A DNA stretch of 47,597 bases, taken from contig CAXSDY010000001.1 of assembly GCA_964235835.1 (NCBI GenBank), positions 1 to 47,597 on the forward strand, given 5' to 3'. Below are positions 20,662 through 30,219 of this stretch, piece after piece (positions within the stretch are counted from its first letter, which is position 1; each line of letters opens with the position of its first letter). This stretch comes from an uncultured Sphingomonadaceae bacterium. Its GTDB lineage: Bacteria; Pseudomonadota; Alphaproteobacteria; Sphingomonadales; Sphingomonadaceae. The notes beneath the pieces were generated by a model that was given only the letters and a program-made list of their open reading frames with translations, made no database searches and was not told where the DNA came from. The position numbers and the translations under genes were made by a program.

Positions 20662-22483
20662 CGATACTCCTTCCGGAGGGCCGGTAGCCGACCGCCTCGC
20701 GGTACGACCGATCGAATGCGTTGGCGACTCTCGCGAACAGTTCGACGTTGCCGGTCATCCGCCAGCCGATCCGCGCCGATGCCAGCCAGTACGCACCCAG
20801 ACGCACGCGCTCTGCCGGGAAACGGTCGAAGTCGACGTCCGTTCTCGCGCCCGCATAGGCAATCGAGCCCCCGTAGTTGAACCGGCCGGACGTCCCGTCG
20901 GCCAGCAGGGCGCCCGACCACTTCGGCCGGCGCGTTTCACGCAACTGCCTGCCCGGCGTGGTGCCCGGGTCGCTTGCATCGAGATAGGACGACTGGGCCG
21001 TGATGCGCAGCGCGGAGGAGCGGGTCCAGCTTGCCTCGGCTTCGACACCCTGACGACGGCTGCGGCCGATGGCGTTCACGGTCGTCGAGCGGAAGGTCAC
21101 GGGGTCGGAGACGTCGACAATCTCGTCCCGCAGCCTTTGTCGGTAAACGGTGAGCGTGACGCGCCATGCTGCCCGGTGCCAGCGGAGCGCCGCCTCGTAG
21201 CCACGCGAGGACTCCGGCGTGAGCTGCGGATTGCCGCTGAAGCTGTTGGGAAAGAAGCCGTAGAGGTCGAAGAAGGTCGGTTGGGCTATTCCCTCCCCGT
21301 AGGAAGCCGTGGCTTCCACACCGCCACCAAGCCGCGCGAGGATCGATGCTCGAACCGTCGTGGCGTCCCGAAACCGGTTGAAGGTGTCGCGTCGGACGGC
21401 GATGTCGCCGGTCAATCCTCGCCAGCTGGTCCGCGACTGCGCCGTCACGGAGCGATGGCGCCGCGTCCGGTCCTGATTGGTCGCGCCTCCATACGCAACA
21501 TCGCGCGCGTGAAACTTCTCCTCCTCCTGTTCCACGGCGACGACGAGGCGCTGGTCCACTTCCCCCAGCCGCAGGTGATGGCGCAATTCGCCCGAGATCG
21601 TGCGCCGCTCGGCCCGCGTGCGGTTGACCTCGGTTCGATCGAGCAGGTTGCGGTTGGAGGAGCCGAGCCAGCTGGCGGAGAGGGTCCCTGCCAGCCGCTC
21701 CTCGTCGCTGCCCCGCACCCAGGTGCGGACGGCGGTCAGGCGATTGCGACTGTTGTCGAGCGTGTCTGCGTGCAGGAAGGTCACGGGCGAATAGCCGTCG
21801 AATTCGCTGCGGCCCCTCGTTGCGAAGCCGGTCGCGCCAAGTTCGAGCGACGGCCCTGCTTGCCAGGTAAGGCGGCCTCGCGCGCTGAGGTTGGAATAGC
21901 CGTCCCGGTCGCCGTTCCCGTCGAATGCGTCGGTACCCCTCGACTTCTGACCCGCCAGCGCCAGTGCAGCACTGACGTCGGTGCCCGAATAGCTCGCCGC
22001 GGCGGCTCCCCGGACCGTTGCGAAGGAGCCCGCTTCGGCAAGCATGGATGCGCTCGTGTCGCGTGCGGGATCGCCCTCGACCGACACCACCCCGCCGATC
22101 GCTTCGGAGCCCCACAGCGCGGACTGCGGCCCCCGCACCAGCTCGATGCGCGAGGCGATGTCGGCGTTCAGCAGTTCGAAGCGCGGCGTGTTGCCGGCCG
22201 CCGGATCGTTGGCCCGGATACCGTCGATGAACAGCAGCGTGTGGTTGGCCTCGGCGCCGCGGATGCGGACTTCGGTCAGCGATCCGGCAGGTCCGCTGGT
22301 CGCAACTGCGGCCGAGGGCAGCAGGCGGAGGAAGTCGCTCACGAAAGGCGACCCGAGCCGCTCGATGGAGAGGCGGTCGATCACGGAGACGGTCGCCGGG
22401 GTCGTATCCCGCGTTTCCGGCAGCCGGGAGGCGGTGACGATGATCGCGGGCTGGGCCGCGGGCAGGGGAGGCGTATCGAGCAT
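20630..22483 (-). CDS. btuB: TonB-dependent receptor, probable cobalamin transporter
   Basis: TonB box IIVTASR, plug IRGAEANHTLLFIDG, RIELVRGPQSALWGSEAIGGVV, GNPQLTPE; downstream of a B12 riboswitch. Confidence 0.88.
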   Translation of the reverse strand: MLDTPPLPAAQPAIIVTASRLPETRDTTPATVSVIDRLSIERLGSPFVSDFLRLLPSAAVATSGPAGSLTEVRIRGAEANHTLLFIDGIRANDPAAGNTPRFELLNADIASRIELVRGPQSALWGSEAIGGVVSVEGDPARDTSASMLAEAGSFATVRGAAAASYSGTDVSAALALAGQKSRGTDAFDGNGDRDGYSNLSARGRLTWQAGPSLELGATGFATRGRSEFDGYSPVTFLHADTLDNSRNRLTAVRTWVRGSDEERLAGTLSASWLGSSNRNLLDRTEVNRTRAERRTISGELRHHLRLGEVDQRLVVAVEQEEEKFHARDVAYGGATNQDRTRRHRSVTAQSRTSWRGLTGDIAVRRDTFNRFRDATTVRASILARLGGGVEATASYGEGIAQPTFFDLYGFFPNSFSGNPQLTPESSRGYEAALRWHRAAWRVTLTVYRQRLRDEIVDVSDPVTFRSTTVNAIGRSRRQGVEAEASWTRSSALRITAQSSYLDASDPGTTPGRQLRETRRPKWSGALLADGTSGRFNYGGSIAYAGARTDVDFDRFPAERVRLGAYWLASARIGWRMTGNVELFARVANAFDRSYREAVGYRPSGRSIDGGLRLALGR

Positions 22484-22524
22484 TGGTTTCCTTCCATGAC
22501 AAAGTCGTCACGAAAGGGAGGCGT

Positions 22525-22697
22525 GCGCCGACCCTCCGCCCACGGCTGAACCCGGCCGGGGGAACGGACGACGGACCGGGGCCAGTATCTGACTTGCGCA
22601 CCCTCAGGAGGGTCGCTCACAGTTGCGGGCACAGCGCCGGATGTTCGCCGGCTTCCTCTTCGCCAGAGGCTTTCACCCCCGGAACCCAAGTCCTGGC
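22525..22697 (-). promoter_or_regulatory. Cobalamin riboswitch (compact form)
   Basis: Minus strand: GGTTCC...AAGAGGAAGCCGGCGAACATCCGGCGCTGTGCCCGCAACTGTGA...AAGTCAGATACTGGCC (B12 box); downstream loop GTGGGC is complementary to L5 GCCCGC. Confidence 0.92.
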
Positions 22698-22807
22698 CGG
22701 GCCCTTGCGGGACAGCCGCGAACCTTGTCAAGCGCAGGCCTGTGGGCTAGGGGCGCCGCTTGGCTGGCTGGTCGGAAACCAGCCGCGATCCACAAGGAAA
22801 TCAGCAC

Positions 22808-23038
22808 ATGAAGAGCGGGACCCACCCGGACTATCACATGATCACCGTCCAGATGACGGACGGGACGACGTACCAGACGCGCTCGACCTGGGGTAAGGAA
22901 GGCGACACGCTGGCGCTCGACATCGATCCGTCGGCGCATCCGGCGTGGACCGGCGGCAACTCGCGCATGCTCGACACGGGCGGCCAGGTCGCTCGGTTCA
23001 ACAAGCGCTTCGGCGGGCTGACGCTCGGCAAGAAGTGA
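22808..23038 (+). CDS. rpmE: 50S ribosomal protein L31 (Cys-less form)
   Basis: [10 protein letters not shown]...HPAWTGG...[10 protein letters not shown]. Confidence 0.97.
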   Translation: MKSGTHPDYHMITVQMTDGTTYQTRSTWGKEGDTLALDIDPSAHPAWTGGNSRMLDTGGQVARFNKRFGGLTLGKK

Positions 23039-23622
23039 CCGGCGCAGCTGTGCCCGCGGCACGGCTCGGCCTTCGATCCAGCGAACCCCCTCGGCTAGCC
23101 GAGGCTCCCACAATCCTGACGGAGCGACTGGAGTTGCGTGGGTTCCGGCGTGACGACCTCGACGCGCTCGCGGCCACGCTCAACCGGCGTGATGTCGTGC
23201 GGCACCTTGGCGGCCATCTGTTCGACCGGGAGGACAGCTGGCGACGGCTGACGATGGCGGTCGGGCAGTGGCCGCTGCTCGGCTACGGCTATTGGGCGGT
23301 GGTCAGCCGGATGACGGGCCTGCTCGTCGGCCAAGTCGGGTTCGCCGACTTCGAGCGGGATCTGAAGCCGAGCAACCGTGGCGAACCGGAAATGGGCTGG
23401 ATTTTCGATCCCTCCGTTCACGGCCAGGGCATGGCGCGCGAAGCCTGCCGCGCCGCGCTCGGGTGGCTCGGCGGGGCGGTCGGCGCGACCGACGTCAGCG
23501 CCGTCATCGCGATCGAAAACGCCAGGTCGATGCGCTTGGCCGAGCGGCTCGGCTTCGTTCGCGAACCCGACGCGCTCTATCGCGACGAGCCGATTGCCTT
23601 GTTCCGGCGGACCTGCGGCTAA
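23035..23622 (+). CDS. GNAT family N-acetyltransferase (RimJ/RimL-like)
   Basis: [42 protein letters not shown]. Confidence 0.88.
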   Translation: MTGAAVPAARLGLRSSEPPRLAEAPTILTERLELRGFRRDDLDALAATLNRRDVVRHLGGHLFDREDSWRRLTMAVGQWPLLGYGYWAVVSRMTGLLVGQVGFADFERDLKPSNRGEPEMGWIFDPSVHGQGMAREACRAALGWLGGAVGATDVSAVIAIENARSMRLAERLGFVREPDALYRDEPIALFRRTCG

Positions 23623-24809
23623 AAGGCCGGGAGGCCGGTGATCGCCCGGCCCATGATCAGCGCATGGACGTCGTGCGTGCCCTCGTAGGTGTTGACGGTC
23701 TCGAGGTTCGCCGCGTGGCGCATCACCTGAAACTCGGCGCTGATGCCGTTGCCGCCGTGCATATCCCGCGCCACTCTGGCGATGTCGAGCGCCTTGCCGA
23801 CGTTGTTGCGCTTCAGCAGGCTGATCGTCTCAGGCACCAGCGTGCCCGCCTCGAGCCGCCGACCGACGCGCAGCGCCGCCTGCAGCCCGAGCGTGATCTC
23901 CGTCACCATGTTCGCGAGCTTCAGTTGCACGAGCTGCGTCGCGGCGAGCGGCCGGCCGAACTGCTTGCGGTCCAGCGTGTATTGCCGCGCCGCCGCGTAG
24001 CACGCCTCGGCCGCACCCATCGACCCCCAGCCAATCCCGTAGCGCGCGCGGTTGAGACAGCCGAACGGACCCTTCAGCCCATCGACATCGGGCAGCAGCG
24101 CGGCCTCGCTTACTTCCACTCCGTCCATCACGATCTCGCCGGTGATCGACGCGCGGAGCGACAGCTTTTGCTTCACCTGCGGAGCCGACAGGCCCTTCAT
24201 CCCCTTCTCAAGCACGAAGCCGCGGATCTTCCCGCCATGCGCGTCGCTCTTCCCCCACACGACGAACACGTCCGCGATCGGCGAATTGGTGATCCACATC
24301 TTGGCGCCGCTCAGTCGATAGCCGCCGGCGACCTTCTCCGCGCGCGTGCGCATCCCGCCCGGGTCGGAGCCGGCATCGGGTTCGGTCAGCCCGAAGCAGC
24401 CGACCAACTCGCCACTGGCAAGTCCGGGCAGGAAGTTGCGGCGCTGCTCCTCCGATCCGTAGGCGAAGATCGGGTACATCACGAGCGAGCTCTGGACCGA
24501 CATCGCCGAGCGATACCCGCTGTCGACCCGCTCGACCGCGCGCGCGATCAGGCCATAGCTGACGTAGCCGAGCCCGGCGCCGCCATATTGCTCCGGGATG
24601 GTCGCCCCGATCAGCCCGAGCGAACCCATCTCGCGCAGGATCTCGCGGTCGAATGCCTCGTCGAGATAGGCCTGGGTGACGCGGGGCTGCAGCTGCTCCT
24701 GCGCATAGCCCTCAGCCGTGTCGCGGACGAGGCGCTCGTCGGCCGTAAGCTGGTCGTCAAGGTCGAACGGATCGGCCCAGTCGAACGGGAGGATGGCAGG
24801 CTCGCTCAC
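23619..24809 (-). CDS. gcdH: Glutaryl-CoA dehydrogenase-like acyl-CoA dehydrogenase
   Basis: [56 protein letters not shown]. Confidence 0.92.
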   Translation of the reverse strand: MSEPAILPFDWADPFDLDDQLTADERLVRDTAEGYAQEQLQPRVTQAYLDEAFDREILREMGSLGLIGATIPEQYGGAGLGYVSYGLIARAVERVDSGYRSAMSVQSSLVMYPIFAYGSEEQRRNFLPGLASGELVGCFGLTEPDAGSDPGGMRTRAEKVAGGYRLSGAKMWITNSPIADVFVVWGKSDAHGGKIRGFVLEKGMKGLSAPQVKQKLSLRASITGEIVMDGVEVSEAALLPDVDGLKGPFGCLNRARYGIGWGSMGAAEACYAAARQYTLDRKQFGRPLAATQLVQLKLANMVTEITLGLQAALRVGRRLEAGTLVPETISLLKRNNVGKALDIARVARDMHGGNGISAEFQVMRHAANLETVNTYEGTHDVHALIMGRAITGLPAF

Positions 24810-24876
24810 GTTAACTGCTCCTTAGCGACACTGTGCCGCACGATAACCCGGTAGAGTTAGCGCCGCTAGCCAGGTG

Positions 24877-25584
24877 TCAGTGGGGGGCGATCTGCCGTTT
24901 GGCCCGCCTCGCGAGGTCAGCCAGACCACGCAGCGGCCAAACCCGGTCGTAAAAACCAAGCGGCGCGATGTCGCTGCGCGACGAGCGCTGTCGTGCTATG
25001 ATCGGCTGAGCAAACACGGTCTTGTACTGGGGATTGGCACGGCGAAACCAGACGTACGCGCCGTCGATGCCGGGCCGTACTCCTGGATCATAGGAGGGCT
25101 CTCGAACGGCGCGCTGGTCGCCCTTAAAATCAGCGTCGAGGTAGCCGCGAAGGTATGCCACGGCGCCCTGCACGGCACGCGCACTGAAACCCATGAGCTG
25201 TGAACCAATGATGTCGCTGTTCACAAGGTCGAGCTCGTCGCCGACTTCATAGCCACCGTAAAAGACGTCGCAATCGTCGGGGAACGCATATGCGCCAGCG
25301 TCCTTAGTGAAGGAACAATCATCCTCCACGATGAGCACACTCTTCTCGTGTCTCGCGGCTTCCTCGAGGATGGCGACGTGGCTGAGAAAACAGCCGTGCG
25401 CTCCGGCGGAGAGGAACAGCCCTGCGCTGCCCGGCGAGAAGGCGGGCAGGATTTCATACGGGAGAGACGGCACCAATCGCGCGAGTTCGTCCACGATCTC
25501 GCGCTTACGGTCGGCTCGCGAGGGCAGGTTGATTACGCGAACAAGGTCGTAGTCTCGCAGGAACACGCACGTTCTCCTTCGCAT
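24877..25584 (-). CDS. Glycosyltransferase family 25-like protein
   Basis: VINLPSRADR, GAHGCFLSH, LIVEDD, QRSSRSDI. Confidence 0.8.
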   Translation of the reverse strand: MRRRTCVFLRDYDLVRVINLPSRADRKREIVDELARLVPSLPYEILPAFSPGSAGLFLSAGAHGCFLSHVAILEEAARHEKSVLIVEDDCSFTKDAGAYAFPDDCDVFYGGYEVGDELDLVNSDIIGSQLMGFSARAVQGAVAYLRGYLDADFKGDQRAVREPSYDPGVRPGIDGAYVWFRRANPQYKTVFAQPIIARQRSSRSDIAPLGFYDRVWPLRGLADLARRAKRQIAPH

Positions 25585-25687
25585 CGGGGCACGAGCGACG
25601 CCAGAATTCTAGCAGCGGGTCCCGCGACCGCAAGTCAGCCGTGCGCAGCAGATACCGCGAGCACGACCCTGAAGCTCTCCAAGGCCG

Positions 25688-25700
25688 TGGCGGATGGGGT
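25688..25700. repeat. att-like direct repeat of the tRNA-Ser 3' end
   Basis: TGGCGGATGGGGT is identical to 31076-31088 (the last 13 nt of the tRNA, including CCA). Confidence 0.7.
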
Positions 25701-26316
25701 CACGACCGTCCGCCGTATTGCGGCCGTTTTCCCGAGTTCACGGACCATCCGTTTCCCTCTGCAGCGCAAGCCCTTCACGTCGTCCCCGCTCACGAACGCA
25801 TGGCTGCATTTGGCTTCAGACCTGCTTCTACCCCCCTGAAAGGATTGAGCCAGCTGCTTGGGCAATCCGATCGCCACGCGACTTCTTCGATTGGCACCGC
25901 GCCGGTATTTTTGGTTTTCGTGGGTAGAGACGACGTGCGCAAGAAGTAGCCGAAGGATGACCGCAACCCCGATCGACCGGGTGAGTACGACCGCCAGTGC
26001 GTATGGAAATCTATGACCGGCTAGCAACGGAGTTCCCCACCCAGCGAAGCGCATTCCGAGGCAATCGGGAGGTACGAAAAGCAGACGGCAAGACGCCGAG
26101 TGAACCTATCCTTAGGGCTACCCGCGAAATAGATGACCGGCGGTGACGCAAGCCGGAACGGCGAGCAGCGCGCCAACGTCGCGAACAAGCGAGGCGAGAT
26201 GTGAACCGACAGGCGGCCTGGCTGGAGTGTGGCGGCATCGCGGTTCAAGGCAGCGCACAACGGCACCTCCGTTGTCCGCGGACGGTTCCAGCCCGGCGTC
26301 TGACGTCTTGAGCCGC

Positions 26317-26778
26317 ATGCGGTGGCTGCCGGCCGGCGACGGCGGCTATCCGCTCAATAACGGCCACGGCTTGATGTCGAACAAGGATGGCGGGTTTTAT
26401 CAGGTCGACTTCGGAAACGGCCTTGAGCGTAATAAAGCTCGGAGCGTGCCGGAGCTCGATCTACCCATCCCGACGCTCGATAAACCCACTCAGCGCATTC
26501 AGAGCTACGCTCTGCCGCTGGAGCGGTGGAACAGGGCGGTCGCGACCGCCATGCACTTGTCGAGGCAAAACACGATCTCCCCGCTATAGAGGCGCTTGGA
26601 GAGCTATCTGAACGAAGCGGTCGCCAAAGGGGAGTTCCTCGAACGACGGCCGGTAGGGGACGGTGGCGGTGAGGAGGGGTTTGGACCCATTCACCGAAGA
26701 AGCCTGAGGCCCCGATTGGGCGTGGCCGCGTTGCGCTGGTTGGACAGCACTCCGGTCACTCGACAGATCACGGTTTAG
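26317..26778 (+). pseudogene. Unknown protein remnant interrupted by an in-frame TAG (26587-26589)
   Basis: ORF 26143-26589 and ORF 26596-26778 share a frame: ...QNTISPL*RRLESYLNEAVAKGEFL. Confidence 0.3.
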
Positions 26779-27012
26779 CCACCTGAGCGGTCGTCTGTTA
26801 GGTTCGGAGCAGTACACCGACGTCCACCCGGGCTTTTGGTCGTTCGCGGGGGGACTATACTCTCCCGGATGTCCGCGCGTGGCGCTCCAAGCCGCGTGTC
26901 ATACACCCGCATATTCTTCCTTAGAATTGCCGTGCCGATCGATGGCCTGACCTCGAAAGTGATGGAGAAGCCAGCCGTTGCAACGTTAAGGTGTGCCGGG
27001 CATTCAGAATGG

Positions 27013-27114
27013 GCGCCGCAGTACTTCTTCGATCTGCACAGCGGCATGGACGTCGAGGAGCTGGATGGTACGATCCTGCCGGTGCGGTTCGAGAGTCACG
27101 GCGAGCCGGTTTGA
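27013..27114 (+). pseudogene. DUF6894-like fragment
   Basis: PQYFFDLHSG..EELDGTILP resembles the MPRYFFD...DxEGxxLP N-terminus of the family; no start codon, truncated. Confidence 0.35.
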
Positions 27115-27183
27115 TCGGCTGACGCGAAGCACCATGGTCGTCGCACACGCCCCAGTGCTGCGTCGAATGCCGGCGTTGTGCTG

Positions 27184-27360
27184 ATGAGTTCCGACCTCCG
27201 TATAACTCTCAGTCTGCTGGGCTTTGCATTGCTGTTCGCGGGAGGCGCATGGTGGCAGGTCTTCAGGCGTCACAAGGGCGACTGGCTGGGAGGCGCTGCA
27301 CTGATGACCGCTGTGACGATGGGGATAGGTGCCTTCATCATTCTCGGCGTTCTGCTCTGA
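27184..27360 (+). CDS. Small two-TM hypothetical protein (58 aa)
   Basis: Two hydrophobic helices separated by a basic loop RRHKGD. Confidence 0.6.
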   Translation: MSSDLRITLSLLGFALLFAGGAWWQVFRRHKGDWLGGAALMTAVTMGIGAFIILGVLL

Positions 27361-27636
27361 CGCGGGTTCACCGGTCGACGTTGAGGCCCTGAGGGTCTGC
27401 GCTGGTGCTAAGACAACGCCGGGCTCGTTGCGGTGGGGTGCCGCGAGTCAGGCGCATGTCTCGTGGGGGCGGAAAGCCGACATCCGCAGGTTCAGAGCTG
27501 TTCATCCGGTGACAGGGGTGAAGCAACTATAAAGAGCAGCCCCGAACCTCGCACGAGCCGAGGATAGCCGCGTTACTGCTCCGCCCAGGGTTAAGGGCCA
27601 ACCCACCTCCACTCTCCGCCTTGAGGGTGCAACACC

Positions 27637-28389
27637 TTGCGAATGGTATTTCCCGCGTCATTAGTGATCATGGGCTCAGCGGTCGGGGAGTATGCCGTGG
27701 CAAGGGGGGTGGATGGACCTAAACAGCTGCCGAATCCATCGCGGTCGCAGGCGAGGCTACCAACATCGGCACCGACAAGAGACGTCTTCGCGCGGACTGT
27801 CGCTACCGCCGGCCTTGTGGTCTCCCTTTTCGGTGGTTGGATACAGTGGGAGAAGCTGCAGGATGACAGAGCGGCGGCCATGAAGTTTGTGCATCGGGGG
27901 ATCAGTGGTGGTGCCCGCGATCCCCATCTGACGATCATCGCTACGAACTTAGTTAGCAAGCCCATCCGGGGAGCCAGCATCGGGGCAGCTCTGAAGCTCC
28001 TCTCGCCAGAGCGTATCGCTGATATTTTCGACGATATGCCCGTAAAAGCCGAGGATTTTGAAGTTTCAGGGTCGGAACCTCAGAACCTGAGCACAGGCAA
28101 GTTATCGGACGATCAGGTGAAAAGATGGAGGTCCGGAGAACTGGTCCTTGTCGGCGCCGCGAAGGTGAGTTGGCGCGACAGGGGAGCATGGACCGACTCC
28201 TCGGCTGAACGGTGCTGGGCCTGGATCGGCGAACCTGCTCGCGTAGTCGATTGTGAAGACCTGACAGGACTGGGCGCGTCAGAAGCAAGGGAGCACGTGC
28301 AGGGCATCTTGAGCAGCGCACCGCCTCACCCCAGATCAGCCGATAGCGCAGTGGAGGCAGTTAAACGTTCGACATCGCATAGGCTATGA
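27637..28389 (+). CDS. Hypothetical membrane-anchored protein (true start probably further downstream)
   Basis: 250-codon ORF with one TM-like segment (TVATAGLVVSLFGGWI) followed by a soluble domain. Confidence 0.55.
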   Translation: MRMVFPASLVIMGSAVGEYAVARGVDGPKQLPNPSRSQARLPTSAPTRDVFARTVATAGLVVSLFGGWIQWEKLQDDRAAAMKFVHRGISGGARDPHLTIIATNLVSKPIRGASIGAALKLLSPERIADIFDDMPVKAEDFEVSGSEPQNLSTGKLSDDQVKRWRSGELVLVGAAKVSWRDRGAWTDSSAERCWAWIGEPARVVDCEDLTGLGASEAREHVQGILSSAPPHPRSADSAVEAVKRSTSHRL

Positions 28390-28696
28390 AGAAGCAATTC
28401 AACGTCAAAACGCACATGGAGATCAGGAAGGCGGCATCGGCCAGACGTTCAAGCCGCCGAAGACGTCTGGTCGAGATGGTCCTGAGGGACCAATAGGAAG
28501 TTATGAGCGTAAACAAGAACATGATCGCGTTCAAAGCAAGAAGATCATCGGCAAATGTGTCTTGATGGCGCAGGCTGATCAACACTCGCATGAGACTAAT
28601 ACCAGTCAGGCAAATGCCCAACATCGCGGCCGAGATTGAGCATATCATGCGAGATGCTTGCTCGTCGAGCTCTCGGCTACGATCGGTTTCGTTCAC
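28361..28696 (-). CDS. Conserved-looking three-TM hypothetical protein
   Basis: SAAMLGICLTGISL, ADDLLALNA, SYWSLR, ERLADAAF; three hydrophobic helices. Confidence 0.75.
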   Translation of the reverse strand: MNETDRSRELDEQASRMICSISAAMLGICLTGISLMRVLISLRHQDTFADDLLALNAIMFLFTLITSYWSLRTISTRRLRRLERLADAAFLISMCVLTLNCFFIAYAMSNV

Positions 28697-28958
28697 TCTT
28701 CATCATTCCGCTAATCGCTGAGGGGCTCGTACTGCTATAGCAAGTCGCGGGTCGTGGTGGGGGTTTTTTTCTGATTTGCTCGCTGATCGATGGTGGCGTG
28801 CCTCGTCGAAGTCATTGTGCTAGTTGTGCCAAATGTGCGCTGCCTTCGTCGTTGTCCAACTAGCCCTAGTTGTGCTATCGTACTGCTATGGTGAAGGACC
28901 TCAGAGATCAGCGGATTCCGGTTATGATGAGTGGCGGCGAAGTCGCAGAGATCGATGC

Positions 28959-29402
28959 ATGGCGTCGAACGCAGAAAGACTTGCCAAGTCGGTCAGAGGC
29001 GATCCGGCGTCTGATCGAGCGGGGCTTAGTAAAGTGACTGACGACAGCTCCTGGACGCTAAGCAAAATTGATCTTCGATCGCCCGTCATGGCGAACGCGT
29101 GGCCGGTGGCACGGCTGGAACTCGATCACCCCGTGCGCGGTCGCGTAACCGACATCGGCAAAGCGCCCGGGGCTTTCGATGCCGCGTTCATTGCCGCGGG
29201 GCATATCCTCGGCATCGAGCCGCGACTCCGAAGATTCAACGTCGTTTCGACTTTTGCAGAAGAGCAAGTGGCGCTGAGCATCCGCATCGACGTTGAGCTG
29301 CAACTGGGCGACAAGACGGCGATGGGCACGTGTTCAGGTGTCGATCTGCTGCGCTGCTCGATGTCGGCGTGGCTTGAAGCTGCTGCGAAGCTATCCGGTT
29401 AG
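28959..29402 (+). CDS. Stand-alone alpha-isopropylmalate synthase (LeuA) regulatory-domain-like protein
   Basis: Pattern WTL...ARLEL...GAFDAAF.A..I.G...L..FNV...IDVEL...G..SGVDLL..S..AWLEA resembles the LeuA C-terminal allosteric domain; no catalytic domain. Confidence 0.65.
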   Translation: MASNAERLAKSVRGDPASDRAGLSKVTDDSSWTLSKIDLRSPVMANAWPVARLELDHPVRGRVTDIGKAPGAFDAAFIAAGHILGIEPRLRRFNVVSTFAEEQVALSIRIDVELQLGDKTAMGTCSGVDLLRCSMSAWLEAAAKLSG

Positions 29403-29779
29403 TGCCACGTGCGGGCGGACGGATGGATGACGGCACTGCTGCTCCGGCGCCCAAGTCCAGGCGACGCATAGGATCACCCGACCAGCGTAGGAGCGCCGGT
29501 TCCAGCGCAAGCAGTACCCGAGTGACAAGCCATGACCAATACGGATCGTAACGCGTTTTGTGCGAGGAGCTTTCAGTGTTGCGCAAGGCCGCTCGGGGTG
29601 ACCTGCTGGCGAGCCACCCGGAGCTAAGGGGTCGGATGGTGGCAAGAGCACTCTGTCGGTGCCAGGCGCATATGCAACCGGTCGGCAGACAGCGCCACGA
29701 CATGGGGGCCGCACGAGCACTGCCCGCTACCTTCTGGGTATTCGATCAGTTCCCGTCGAGCGTCCCACGAAGCCGCTGA

Positions 29780-30127
29780 CTACCTGCGCGACTGCCGAGC
29801 GGCATAGCGAGCATCGCGGGCTGCCTTCATTTCCGCTTGGCTAGCAGGTTTCAAGCGCGCTGCCTTGAGTTCCGCCGCTGCTTCGGCCGCCGCAATCTCG
29901 GCGGCCTTCCGGGAGGCCTTCTCCAGCTTCGCTGCCGCCTTTGCCTCGGCTTTCGCGGCCCGCTCCGCTGAAAGAACCTGCTCCCGCGCTGTCCATGCGT
30001 CACGCTGCTCGGCAAGCTTATCCTGGTCGAGAGGCGGCCTTGCCTTGAGTTCGTCAAGCGCCTTCTGTTTGGCCTTGCCGGCGGACTTCATGCGATCTTG
30101 AAAGGATGGGTCTTTGTACGATGCCAC
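29780..30127 (-). CDS. DUF6481-like basic, Ala/Lys-rich protein
   Basis: ASYKDPSFQDR...KAKQKAL..LKARPP...KAARDARYAARQSRR; AAGGA RBS before GTG 30127. Confidence 0.8.
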   Translation of the reverse strand: MASYKDPSFQDRMKSAGKAKQKALDELKARPPLDQDKLAEQRDAWTAREQVLSAERAAKAEAKAAAKLEKASRKAAEIAAAEAAAELKAARLKPASQAEMKAARDARYAARQSRR

Positions 30128-30219
30128 TGCTGATCCTTGAGAGCGGAAGGCCTGTGAGCGCAGCCGTTTATGAGACGGATGCCCCTTCTTCAAGCTGTAG
30201 ATCATCACAGTGGGTCAGG

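Noticed and set aside
22808-23038. Cys-less L31 as a zinc-starvation paralog
   Set aside because: Cys-less L31 is the usual form in alphaproteobacteria; no Zur context seen
25635-26318. Hydrophobic minus-strand fragments as a membrane-protein pseudogene
   Set aside because: Several stops and no recognisable family; cannot be supported without a search
27455-27484. ATGTCTCGTGGGGGCGGAAAGCCGACAT as a degenerate short REP
   Set aside because: Single weak copy in the window with only 5-bp arms
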